Virus record (IMG/VR): IMGVR_UViG_3300038313_000213
Span: 1 to 39,412 of that record
Direction: 5' to 3' (one strand)
Origin: a virus
Length of the DNA: 39,412 nt
Shown: positions 18,487 through 27,344 of the stretch, in pieces
Layout: each line of letters opens with the position of its first letter
How positions within the stretch are numbered: position 1 is the stretch's first letter
Made by a program: the position numbers and the translations under genes
Notes under the pieces: model-generated
The model's input: the letters and a program-made list of their open reading frames with translations, nothing else
Told to the model about the DNA's origin: nothing
Databases searched by the model: none

Positions 18487-18831
18487 TCACAATATTCTTT
18501 CACTCACAAGATCTTTCGATAGGTCTTCGTACAACTCGATAGCTTCCCAGCACATCGGAACTAAATTTTTTGAATTGCTTTTGCTCTTCCTTTTCTTCCA
18601 AATATCTATTTTCTTTATTATACGCTTCTCACGCATACCCTTTTCAAGCCGTACCAAATAATACAGCGCGATTAAACACCCTCTGAATTTCGAATACGTG
18701 TCTCTTAAGCTGTCATACTCCCTGTAATTCATTTCCAATATCATTTTAGTACACAGTTCGCACAATGTCAAATTTATATCAACGGCTTCGGTGATCTGAG
18801 GGGTTTTTGGGGGAGTTACAATATCTCCCAT
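18487..18831 (-). CDS. Hypothetical protein
   Basis: 114-aa ORF, coupled in operon. Confidence 0.7.
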   Translation of the reverse strand: MGDIVTPPKTPQITEAVDINLTLCELCTKMILEMNYREYDSLRDTYSKFRGCLIALYYLVRLEKGMREKRIIKKIDIWKKRKSKSNSKNLVPMCWEAIELYEDLSKDLVSERIL

Positions 18832-18832
18832 T

Positions 18833-19201
18833 TTAACCGCCCTTGTTCATGACCATGTAATACACAAGCGGGACCATTAAAATTATGAGCCCGACAACGA
18901 CTTTCATCCAATGCTTATCCATCCAGTCAACCTGTTCTTTCTTGTCTCCTATCTCCTGCAGAGTCAAAACATTTTGAACCATGTTACCAGTTGCCCCGAC
19001 TGTACACAATTCCGCAGCTTCAGTGAGGTAAAGAGGTTCGCATTTTATCGGTGTGCAATCAATTTCTTTCCGGAAAGCGATGATCTCTTCCATCAATCTT
19101 TTAGCAGCGAATTCAATTTCATCCTCATTGACTTCGCGAACAACGGGAATTTTATTCTTCTGTCTCGTCCTCATCCTCTTCTTCCTCCTCGTCTTCCTCA
19201 A
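18833..19201 (-). CDS. C-terminally anchored membrane protein
   Basis: C-terminal TM (VVVGLIILMVPLVYY); true start probably downstream of 19201. Confidence 0.65.
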   Translation of the reverse strand: MRKTRRKKRMRTRQKNKIPVVREVNEDEIEFAAKRLMEEIIAFRKEIDCTPIKCEPLYLTEAAELCTVGATGNMVQNVLTLQEIGDKKEQVDWMDKHWMKVVVGLIILMVPLVYYMVMNKGG

Positions 19202-19799
19202 GTTCCTCTTCGTCTTCTAATTCTTCCTCTTCCTCTTCTTCCTCGGGTTCTGTCATAAGACTGATCGGTATTTCATCGCCAAACTTGAGATTGCTTTCAA
19301 TTACAGTTTTGCAGTCTTCGAATAATGTTTCTGTCCCGTTAAACAGCAACGCAAGAATGGTTATTTCACTCGGTATCCAATTTAACATTGGGTTTGCTCG
19401 TATTTTTTTAGCAGTCTGTACAAGTGCCGCGCTCTCCGTAAATCCAAACGGGAAGAAGTGCGGCAACAGATAATAGAGCATTTCAGACCCGAATAATTTT
19501 GACCTGGCAGACGGTTTCGCAAGGTCAGGATTCACAAGCGTATAGTTATTGTGATTCAGCAGCCCCTTGTTTTTCGGGTTCTGCTCGCATATGAAAGGAG
19601 CCTGTTTCCCTGCCCGATCCACGATAACGCCAATTGGACGATTACCAGCTTCTTCTAATATCATTGACAATCTCGCATATTTTTTTAATCTGTCAAGTTT
19701 CATGTAAAGATAAATTGCGACTACAGAGCTTACTATAGTCACCCCGAACAGCGCAATATCAATCCACGAAAACGCTGTGCTGGTTGGAACGATTGCCAT
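19152..19799 (-). CDS. N-terminally anchored membrane protein with poly-acidic tail
   Basis: TM at about aa 10-32; E/D-rich C terminus. Confidence 0.75.
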   Translation of the reverse strand: MAIVPTSTAFSWIDIALFGVTIVSSVVAIYLYMKLDRLKKYARLSMILEEAGNRPIGVIVDRAGKQAPFICEQNPKNKGLLNHNNYTLVNPDLAKPSARSKLFGSEMLYYLLPHFFPFGFTESAALVQTAKKIRANPMLNWIPSEITILALLFNGTETLFEDCKTVIESNLKFGDEIPISLMTEPEEEEEEEELEDEEELEEDEEEEEDEDETEE

Positions 19800-19964
19800 T
19801 TAATTGCCCCCGATACTCCGCTCCAACGTGCCCACCATTCTGCCAAGTACTTCAAGAATCATCATCAGTACTGCGATTATGACAAACAGATGATCATTAC
19901 ACACAAACGCTGCAAGCATCGACATAAACGCTGCAAGAAATATAAGTTTACTAAGTGAATTCAT
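19800..19964 (-). CDS. Small two-TM protein (54 aa), paralogue of 19983..20144
   Basis: MNSLSKLIFLAAF...DHLFVIIAVLMMILEVL; GGAGG RBS; not in the track. Confidence 0.6.
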   Translation of the reverse strand: MNSLSKLIFLAAFMSMLAAFVCNDHLFVIIAVLMMILEVLGRMVGTLERSIGGN

Positions 19965-19982
19965 TTTATTTCCCTCCAAACT

Positions 19983-20144
19983 TTAAGAATCCCCGTATAT
20001 CACACGGTCTCTACACTCGGTCAACGTCTCTGCAATTACCAGAAGTACCGCAATTACAGTATACACCGGATCACCAAGCGAAACGAACTCGTATAAACTC
20101 AGTAGTCCAGCAATTAACAACACCACTCGAACAAACTTACCCAC
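19983..20144 (-). CDS. Small two-TM protein (53 aa, GTG start)
   Basis: GKFVRVVLLIAGLL...DPVYTVIAVLLVIAETL; GGAGG RBS; not in the track. Confidence 0.6.
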   Translation of the reverse strand: MGKFVRVVLLIAGLLSLYEFVSLGDPVYTVIAVLLVIAETLTECRDRVIYGDS

Positions 20145-20145
20145 G

Positions 20146-20742
20146 TTATTTCCCTCCGAATTTCAGAAATCCCCATCTCGATCTTTGTTCTTTTACACTC
20201 GCCTGCGCCGGTCTAAGAATCTCCTGTTGCGTCACGCTTCGGGTGCCAATTTCATTATTGATCAGTCTTTCTCTCTTATCTCCGTAAGTCCTGCTAATAT
20301 AAGCAGTGTAAACATCCAGAATATATTTATTCATCCCGGCAATATCGCATACCAATAGGTCGAATTTCGACGCATTGCAGCACAGCGCAAGTTCAATGTT
20401 ACGTTGCGCGAATACCTCTCTCTTCGACAACCGATCTTCTTTCGAGAACCTACCAGTGACACGTGGATTATTATTTGCAAGCACCTGCTCCTCTGTAAAT
20501 AGCGTATAAATACAGTGATACAGCGCGCTTTTGTACCTTGCCGTGAGTGGCAATTCCCTAACGTAATTAATCACATCTTCCCTGTACGGACTTCTCTTAA
20601 GCGTATTCGCGTACTTTAAACTTTCATCCGAGAAAGACGGTCTTTCAAGACTTGACGCGCCCAACCCAGCATAATCCGGTTCTTCGTCATAGTCATATTG
20701 CCCTGATCCATCGTCCTCTTCGTAATTGTCGTCCAACGTCAT
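20146..20742 (-). CDS. Hypothetical protein with acidic N terminus
   Basis: Start reassigned to ATG 20742 (AGGAGG RBS; overlaps the stop of the AbrB paralogue). Confidence 0.75.
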   Translation of the reverse strand: MTLDDNYEEDDGSGQYDYDEEPDYAGLGASSLERPSFSDESLKYANTLKRSPYREDVINYVRELPLTARYKSALYHCIYTLFTEEQVLANNNPRVTGRFSKEDRLSKREVFAQRNIELALCCNASKFDLLVCDIAGMNKYILDVYTAYISRTYGDKRERLINNEIGTRSVTQQEILRPAQASVKEQRSRWGFLKFGGK

Positions 20743-20876
20743 AACCTCCTTAATACCAAGCCTTGCGGCGACTCCTCCCAAATTACCTTAGTGTCTTGAT
20801 AGTATCCGTGTTTATCCGCTAAGTCCTTTGGAATTGTCACCGTCCGGCTTCCGTTCCCATTTTCGTGTACATGCAC
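20739..20876 (-). CDS. AbrB/MazE/SpoVT-family regulator (45 aa, GTG start), paralogue of 16718..16858
   Basis: HVHENGNGSRTVTIPKDLADKHGYYQDTKVIWEESPQGLVLRRL. Confidence 0.75.
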   Translation of the reverse strand: MHVHENGNGSRTVTIPKDLADKHGYYQDTKVIWEESPQGLVLRRL

Positions 20877-21060
20877 GCTCGCTCCCTCGGTTTTTATCAC
20901 ATATTATCGCGTTTAATCGTAATTTATCGTATATTTTATTGAGTAAGTTAATCCGCTTATGAAAACAATTCTAAAAAACACTTTTAATTTTATTTTTTTT
21001 TAAACTGATATAATAGGTAATCTTTATATACATCCTAAACGTATTAAAAGATAGAAGTGA

Positions 21061-21092
21061 GGAGGGGGTTGCCCCCCGAAGTCAAAAAAGAG
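21061..21092 (-). terminator. Terminator-like T-run plus GC hairpin after the capsid gene
   Basis: Minus strand: TAA-CTCTTTTTT-GACTTC-GGGGGG-CAA-CCCCCTCC. Confidence 0.55.
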
Positions 21093-21362
21093 TTATTCCT
21101 GCTTCTTGAGTTTGAACAGGGCTCCAATTGCAACACCAATAAAGACCACAATGATAACGACCTTCATAAGAGTTGCGCCGGATGTCCACACTTCAGCACC
21201 GGTAGGCGCGGTTGCAAAATCACCGGATGCGTTAATTGGTAAAGCAGTTGATACCTCTTCACCCATCCCAGGTGCCAAATAGAAGATCACGACTACAATA
21301 AGAAGTCCAACAGCGAGTCCTATCACTTTCTGCATATCATCTTCCTGTACCATAAAAACCAC
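21093..21362 (-). CDS. Putative major capsid protein of a spindle-shaped virus (SSV1 VP1/His1-like two-helix hairpin)
   Basis: Two long hydrophobic helices, NAS sequon in the turn, basic C terminus (FKLKKQE), own promoter and terminator. Confidence 0.75.
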   Translation of the reverse strand: MVFMVQEDDMQKVIGLAVGLLIVVVIFYLAPGMGEEVSTALPINASGDFATAPTGAEVWTSGATLMKVVIIVVFIGVAIGALFKLKKQE

Positions 21363-21467
21363 TACTCCTTTTATTATTTTCTTTTACAAGTTAGCTAATC
21401 CGTTTTCGTTTGTTCAGTACCATAGCTAACTGGAGGTTTATTCCTAATACTATATTGGTTTTCTTAG

Positions 21468-21488
21468 TATTTAATACTATCGACTTCC
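21468..21488 (-). promoter_or_regulatory. Archaeal TATA/BRE-like promoter of the capsid gene
   Basis: Minus strand GGAAGTCGATAG-TATTAAATA, about 110 nt upstream of the capsid start. Confidence 0.5.
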
Positions 21489-21534
21489 TACAAAAATTTT
21501 CTTTAAAATGTCAAAAAAGAAAAAAGGAAAATTA

Positions 21535-21792
21535 CTAATTGCGCCTGCCTTTCTGTCTCAAAAACATTAGTGCAAAAATCACTAATACAACACCGAGAAT
21601 CATTGCAACCGGCGACATTAAGCTTAACGTCGCGTTCTGGACTCGCACATTTGATTCGTGCGTTTCCTCGTATCCCGTACCGGTTACATTTATCTGGTCG
21701 TCGTTTTCTGACAATATCCCCGATGTATACCCCATGAAAATTGACATAACCGCTATCAGGGCAATTATAGGAATTATCTGTTTCGTGCTCAT
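21535..21792 (-). CDS. Putative minor capsid protein (SSV1 VP3-like paralogue)
   Basis: Two hydrophobic helices, NVT/NAT sequons, NATLSLMSP..ILGVVLVIF, basic tail. Confidence 0.65.
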   Translation of the reverse strand: MSTKQIIPIIALIAVMSIFMGYTSGILSENDDQINVTGTGYEETHESNVRVQNATLSLMSPVAMILGVVLVIFALMFLRQKGRRN

Positions 21793-22043
21793 TTTTGTTT
21801 CTCCGACTTTTCAAAATTCTTTTTCATTCTATCGTTCCAAAGCAAAGTAAGATTTTCCTCAAGTTCGCCAGGACATGCCATTTTATACACATTATAACTG
21901 TCGTAGCAATACCAACCAATGTAAAGTGCCGCAACCAGAACGCAGCAAAACTGCAACATCGGCGGAATGCTTGACATTTTTGCTGCAATTACAGAGAATA
22001 TACAGAGCAAGAACGTCCAAGACTTCCAATTTAAAGTTATCAA
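21789..22043 (-). CDS. Small two-TM membrane protein
   Basis: Hydrophobic N-terminal half; ATGA overlaps. Confidence 0.7.
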   Translation of the reverse strand: MITLNWKSWTFLLCIFSVIAAKMSSIPPMLQFCCVLVAALYIGWYCYDSYNVYKMACPGELEENLTLLWNDRMKKNFEKSEKQK

Positions 22044-22390
22044 TCTAATGCCTCCTCAACTCTCGTTTCTTTGATAAATTGGTACACCTGCAGCAACGTA
22101 AGTACAACGAATACAATTGCGAGCAGTTCAAACACCCCACTCGCCGCACTGTTCCGTATTACCTCAGTATTTTTGACAATTTCAGATCCAACCACTAGAT
22201 TTTCTGTTTTCGTCAGTGTCCCGTCAATGAAAATGTCAGATATCTTGAAGGACAGTAACGCTGAAATTGCCATACTCACTACAGAACATACATTCACCGG
22301 CCCGATATACGTCAACAGCATCGAAACGACGAAAAACAACGCCATTAATGCTATCATGACGTACAGCAGCCATATTTCAGTTGTTAGCAT
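22040..22390 (-). CDS. Three-TM membrane protein
   Basis: Three hydrophobic segments; GGTGA RBS. Confidence 0.75.
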   Translation of the reverse strand: MLTTEIWLLYVMIALMALFFVVSMLLTYIGPVNVCSVVSMAISALLSFKISDIFIDGTLTKTENLVVGSEIVKNTEVIRNSAASGVFELLAIVFVVLTLLQVYQFIKETRVEEALD

Positions 22391-22474
22391 ATTTTATCAC
22401 CTGTTATTATATACGTTCTTAAAGTATTTAATTTAAACTGTATTCGAGTGCATTTTTTATACATAAAATTTTAT

Positions 22475-22798
22475 TTACCATTTTCCACCCCAGATAGTGT
22501 TTATTATCCAACATATATTGTTTATACACAACGCGAATCCAACAAGTGTCGGAATACCGACATAAACTCTAAACCATCCTTCTGTACTTCCTCTGTATAA
22601 AAAGTACAGAGCGACGAGTACAAGGCATTTGGACAGTATAAAAACAATCGTCTGACTTACAAGAAACTGCAACATTGGATTAGTCTCACATAATCCTGGC
22701 AATTGCAAAGCGTACAGCGTTGTAGCAACATCACCAATGATGAAAAATGCAATAACTGGCAAAACCTTCTTTATGAAATCCATTTCAAATTCCCCCAA
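22475..22798 (-). CDS. DUF5658-like membrane protein
   Basis: GDVATTLYAL...ETNP motif plus three TMs. Confidence 0.6.
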   Translation of the reverse strand: MGEFEMDFIKKVLPVIAFFIIGDVATTLYALQLPGLCETNPMLQFLVSQTIVFILSKCLVLVALYFLYRGSTEGWFRVYVGIPTLVGFALCINNICWIINTIWGGKW

Positions 22799-23388
22799 TT
22801 GAATGAATGAAACTCTTTGTATTTAATTATTTCGCAAAGAGGGAAAAAAATAACCCTCATCTGCTTTGGGTGCCTTTGATTGGTTGTATCAGGCGTGATA
22901 CCGCGCTCCCACTCCCTAGTACACAGGCTTCAGGGTGTGTCGATGATTTTGCGGATGTTTATTTTAAGTCGCCTCGCGCTTACGACTGCACACTTGCAAA
23001 ACTAATATTGTTTTCAAAGTAGATAAAGCTTTCTAGCAAAAATAAGATACAATACACGTTGCAATTACAGAGGTTTCAGAAATCGTTTTTGGGGGAAAGT
23101 GGGACGCATAATGAAAACAGTTTAAACAAGTGTAGACGTCGCCCCACACATGACACGGTTTATCTGTCACTATGTAAGTATATGGCATTTATCATATAAA
23201 AAACTTTCGTTTGTTACAACAATACCATTTTTTCCGCATTTCGTACAATTCCCTTCTTGACAATACATTGAGAATATCACCACCTTGATTTAGTCGCTAG
23301 TATCTCACCAGAGGCACGGAGAACGCGCAGGTTCAACGTTTAGAATAAGTTAAGGCGTTTGTACCTAACTTATCTATACGACGTTAAA

Positions 23389-25002
23389 TTACGCGCACAT
23401 TCTAGGTATTGGGTAGTTTTTCCCTGGATATGAGACAACTATCAGGTTTTTCATAGTCCTTGTAATTGCAACATACCAAACATACGCTTCATTTGCCCGG
23501 CCCTCTGTCGTAAGAGTTCCCTGTTTTACAATCGGAGGGACTGCAGCATGTAAAAATACATGTGTTGCCTCAAGTCCTTTTGCGCCATGGATAGTAAGAA
23601 TCTGAATCCGGTTTATCCTGCTTTCGTCGATTGCCGCAACATTGTTCTTTAACATTCCATTGATTTTTAATTTCAGCATCGAATCTGCGCTAGTTAATCT
23701 CTCTCCGGGATTCCCGGCCCGAACTGCCTGAACAAATGAGTTCGATAAATACCAATTATTCAGCGCGTTTACATTCTGTATATTGTTTTCGAAGAATGTT
23801 TTTAGTTCTTCCTTTGTTCCAGAGTACTGCAGATCGGTCTTTTTTACATGGTCAACTAATTTTTTGTACTCGGTTACTGTTGGTGTCCTGCCTTCCCTTA
23901 TCTTTGCAATTGCATGGTAAAGTTGTATTTCGTCATGTGTCCAGCCACAAATACCACCGAAAGGAGTGCCAATTCCTGCGAGAATTGCAGCAATCGCAGC
24001 CCCTTGATAATTAGTCCTGACAAGGTGAAAAACCGTGTGGTCTGCGGTTGAGTAATTTTTGAAATCGTTTGTTAGATGGCGCAATAACTTTTTATTGTCG
24101 ATTGTAAGCAGTTTTCCAACTTCGTTTTTTGTCTTTATGTCTGGTGCCGCGTATTCGTTCCGCATTGTTACCATGTCTGAAGCAAGCTTCCATATATTGC
24201 CTGGCAACCTGTGGCTCTCTGGCAACACGACAAGCTCGCCATCGGTTCCCATCAGGTGTTTAGGACTTGCCCCGAGAAACGGGTATAATGTCTGAAGAGG
24301 ATCCCCAGCATAATACACGGTTTCCGCGTCGTCGCTCCACATCTTCGAGAGTTCGTACATTATCGGGGTCATGTCCTGTGCCTCATCGTACATTTGAACA
24401 GTACAGTCTGTCATAATCCCGTTTTCAAGTGTCAGGTTAAGCATATCTGACCAGTCGATTTTGCCTACCTCTTGCTTGTACTCTTCGTAATTGCTGAAGA
24501 ATTCTCGCATGTAATCCAATGGAATTATTTCTTTTCCACCGCATTGTTTCGCTCCTTCAGTCGGTGTAAGCAGGTTGTTTTTTGCGTAAGCGTAGTAGGA
24601 CAATAACTGAGCGGTTTTGTTTGTTTCTAACTCGGTTTTATCGAAATTGTCAGTTCCCAGCTTGCAGGTAAAAGCCCCGTACCCGTATTTTTTGTTAAAG
24701 TCCTTCATTTCGGCTGATCCCATTAGATACCCGTCTTCCTTTCGCACGTCTATTATTCCGGCACGCATAAGCAGAGAAAGACATTCTCCGTGAAAAGTTC
24801 TTACGTTCGGAAGCCGGTTTTCTGGAATCCCGCTTGCTGCAGAAACAATCTGTTTTGCGTCGCTTGCTGCTTCCTTCCGAAACTGTGTGAATAAAATATT
24901 TTCAGGAGGAACCCCAGCACTCAGCGCGTCCTTAAAGTCATTTGTCAATTTCCAAGTTTTACCGGTTCCTGGTGCTCCGTCATACTTTGTAATTGTCGCC
25001 AT
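23389..25002 (-). CDS. Superfamily 1 UvrD/Rep-like helicase
   Basis: GAPGTGKT, TFHG, DEAQD, GDPLQ, SHRLP, TIHGAKGLE, YVAITR. Confidence 0.95.
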   Translation of the reverse strand: MATITKYDGAPGTGKTWKLTNDFKDALSAGVPPENILFTQFRKEAASDAKQIVSAASGIPENRLPNVRTFHGECLSLLMRAGIIDVRKEDGYLMGSAEMKDFNKKYGYGAFTCKLGTDNFDKTELETNKTAQLLSYYAYAKNNLLTPTEGAKQCGGKEIIPLDYMREFFSNYEEYKQEVGKIDWSDMLNLTLENGIMTDCTVQMYDEAQDMTPIMYELSKMWSDDAETVYYAGDPLQTLYPFLGASPKHLMGTDGELVVLPESHRLPGNIWKLASDMVTMRNEYAAPDIKTKNEVGKLLTIDNKKLLRHLTNDFKNYSTADHTVFHLVRTNYQGAAIAAILAGIGTPFGGICGWTHDEIQLYHAIAKIREGRTPTVTEYKKLVDHVKKTDLQYSGTKEELKTFFENNIQNVNALNNWYLSNSFVQAVRAGNPGERLTSADSMLKLKINGMLKNNVAAIDESRINRIQILTIHGAKGLEATHVFLHAAVPPIVKQGTLTTEGRANEAYVWYVAITRTMKNLIVVSYPGKNYPIPRMCA

Positions 25003-25076
25003 CCGTCTTTTCTCCTATTGCAATTTCAAAGCCGTTCGTTTTAATCTCTGTGATTGCCACACTCATCCCCCCTATA

Positions 25077-25290
25077 ATCGCGCGCGTGGGAACTGAAAAC
25101 GGTTTTTGTGTGTTCCGTGCGCGTTGTTCAAAAATTCTGTCTCGGGTGTCTCAATTTTTTTCTCCCAAAATGAGACAGAAAATCGATACCAGTATGTACC
25201 GTGTCTCAATGTCTTGGTTGTCTCGGGGGTTTCTGAAAATTTTTTTTTGTTCCCACGCGCGCGATATATGAGACAAACGAGACAGAATTA
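25077..25290. promoter_or_regulatory. Candidate replication origin: iterons plus inverted repeats
   Basis: Seven TGTCTC/GAGACA hexamers; perfect 17-bp inverted repeat 25077..25093 and 25249..25265. Confidence 0.6.
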
Positions 25291-26016
25291 TTCTTTGTCT
25301 TCTATCTCGTCAATGCTACAAGCTGGCATAACGCTGTCAAGTGCAGTTGTTGTAAACCACCAAGCGCGTTCTTTCTTCTCTCCGATCCTGACTTGTGGGT
25401 TTCCTTTCTTTTTCATGTTCCTTGTGTTTAGGATATCTCCGACTCTTCCGATAGCAATTTTTATACCAATGTCTTTCATCAGAGTGGCTATACAGTCTGA
25501 TTTAACACAATAGAACATGTCACCCATTGAATCTGCGGTTTTCAGCAAGCACCTATCAGACATTGTAGTGTCATACCAAATCTTCTTATCTTCGGTGACG
25601 TTGAACTTTGCAAGATTTTCAATCAATCTGTCTGTCTCGATCCATTCTGTCGATTCTTCTGGCTCAACTACCGTACAGACGTTCTCTATTGCAAGCTGGA
25701 ACTTAATCCAGAGGTTAGGTTCTCCTTTCTCCGGCTTCTTTGTCAGGTCGTGCGGCAAGAAGATCCCGAAGCGCGACTTAAACAGGTTGTTGAACGTGCC
25801 TGGCCCCATCATTAGTTTGTCGTTTGCAATTTCAATGATGCCATGTGTACGGCGGTAAAACATTTCGAAACGCCATACTGCCCCGTCCGAAGGCGTGAAC
25901 CCGAGGAGCTTCTCTACGTTCTGTATTCCTCGATAAAATAAAGGAAGGTCTAATTCAAGTTCTTCTTCCGGCGTTGCTTGTTTTGGTGCTCCGTGCTTTT
26001 CTTCGTTAAAATCTAT
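25288..26016 (-). CDS. Putative origin-binding/replication protein (242 aa if ATA start)
   Basis: Track ORF 25288..25863 stays open upstream to a GGGGGA RBS plus ATA at 26016; flanks the iteron array; function is inference. Confidence 0.6.
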   Translation of the reverse strand: MDFNEEKHGAPKQATPEEELELDLPLFYRGIQNVEKLLGFTPSDGAVWRFEMFYRRTHGIIEIANDKLMMGPGTFNNLFKSRFGIFLPHDLTKKPEKGEPNLWIKFQLAIENVCTVVEPEESTEWIETDRLIENLAKFNVTEDKKIWYDTTMSDRCLLKTADSMGDMFYCVKSDCIATLMKDIGIKIAIGRVGDILNTRNMKKKGNPQVRIGEKKERAWWFTTTALDSVMPACSIDEIEDKE

Positions 26017-26122
26017 ATTTATTCCCCCTTCGTTATGCTCGTCGTTCTTGGTTTCAGTAGAAAGTTATTTATGTATAAACTTTTCTACTTCATAAAATAA
26101 TTATTTTAAAGAGTGAATTAAT

Positions 26123-26506
26123 TCACCCTTCAATTGCCTTAAGAATCTCGTTTGCTCTTTTCCTGTTCTCAGTTCGTATCGTATTTTCGGCGTAACATTC
26201 CAGCGCAAGTGTAATTATTGAAAGAACCTCCTCTGGAACTTCGTTAATCCATTCGTTGTCCTGCTCTTCTGCGGCAATTACAGAGCTCCTATACTTCTTT
26301 TCAATCTCTCTTATCTCATCCTCTGTAATTGTCCCACTTGCCAACATCATTGCCTTAGAATGCATGTAAATTTTTTTAGTCCTCGCTGCGGCATCCGGCT
26401 TAAACCTAGATTCTGCGAGAGCTTCAATCGTGTTCCTGGCCGCCTCCTTCGCTTTCTTTGAGTTCGTGAAATCTTCAATTTTCTTTCTCATGTATCCCAT
26501 ATTCAA
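26123..26506 (-). CDS. Hypothetical protein
   Basis: 127-aa ORF, GGAGTGA RBS. Confidence 0.7.
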   Translation of the reverse strand: MNMGYMRKKIEDFTNSKKAKEAARNTIEALAESRFKPDAAARTKKIYMHSKAMMLASGTITEDEIREIEKKYRSSVIAAEEQDNEWINEVPEEVLSIITLALECYAENTIRTENRKRANEILKAIEG

Positions 26507-26638
26507 TCACTCCTTGCTTCTAAACTTCTGTTCAAGCATCGCGCCACATCTCTTACAAGAGACGGTCGTGACAATATTAGAAGGGAATTCGTACTCCATT
26601 ACATGTATTTTATCGCATCCACATATATCGCATTTCAT
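26507..26638 (-). CDS. Zinc-ribbon microprotein (43 aa)
   Basis: MKCDICG...CKRCG; GGAGG RBS; not in the track. Confidence 0.65.
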   Translation of the reverse strand: MKCDICGCDKIHVMEYEFPSNIVTTVSCKRCGAMLEQKFRSKE

Positions 26639-26877
26639 GTTTTATTCCTCCTTAAAAACTGGAATTGGTATACTCGCGTCTGGCATTCCACGCGGTAGAT
26701 TGTGCATCATTCGATTGAAAAACATTTGATCGACGTTCAGTGCAAACATTGGTTCTCCTGCCCTCGTGTCTCCGTCCTCCATGGCATCAACGAACGACGC
26801 CATTTGTTCAGGTGTCTTGAAAAAAAATTGTTATGTTAGGGCAATTACAAAGCTTATTGTATCTCTCGTTTGCCATG

Positions 26878-27060
26878 TTACCAGTCCTTTTTGTATTCTT
26901 TTATTTCCCGCCTATTAAACTGCCTCCATATCCCACAGTATGATTTATCGCAATCCTGTGTACATATGTAACTGAATTCATCGTAACAGTCACACACCGC
27001 TTTGTTTTCACATACAACTTTACTTGAAAAAATGTTCTTAATTGCACTCCCCATGCTCAT
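26878..27060 (-). CDS. Cys-rich microprotein
   Basis: Six Cys; GGGGGA RBS. Confidence 0.6.
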   Translation of the reverse strand: MSMGSAIKNIFSSKVVCENKAVCDCYDEFSYICTQDCDKSYCGIWRQFNRREIKEYKKDW

Positions 27061-27080
27061 GTATTATCCCCCGTTTGATT

Positions 27081-27344
27081 TTATTTTCTCTTCGTCCTTC
27101 TTTCTTTCTTTGGTTTTTCTTCTCCCTCAATCGGTTCAAGCATGTTCTTAATGGCCTTTCTTTCCTTTCGTGCCCTTGCTTTTGCGGCAACTGGATCAAG
27201 TACATCCTGTATTTGTTCGTCTGTGACAATTCCAAGGTGCTTCACTGCGCACCTGATCCCAAACGCCATTGATCGCTGTCCATCGTTCACTTTTTCGGCG
27301 TATAATTCAAGCAGACTTGCAATTTTTGTTTCGTCTATCTCCAT
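27081..27344 (-). CDS. Hypothetical protein with basic tail
   Basis: First gene of the leftward operon from the 27350-27750 divergent region. Confidence 0.7.
   Translation of the reverse strand: MEIDETKIASLLELYAEKVNDGQRSMAFGIRCAVKHLGIVTDEQIQDVLDPVAAKARARKERKAIKNMLEPIEGEEKPKKERRTKRK

Noticed and set aside
19152-19201. Overprinted basic N terminus (MRKTRRKKR) of 18833..19201
   Set aside because: Probably an alternate-frame reading of the GAA/GAG acidic tail of the upstream gene; the true start is likely further downstream
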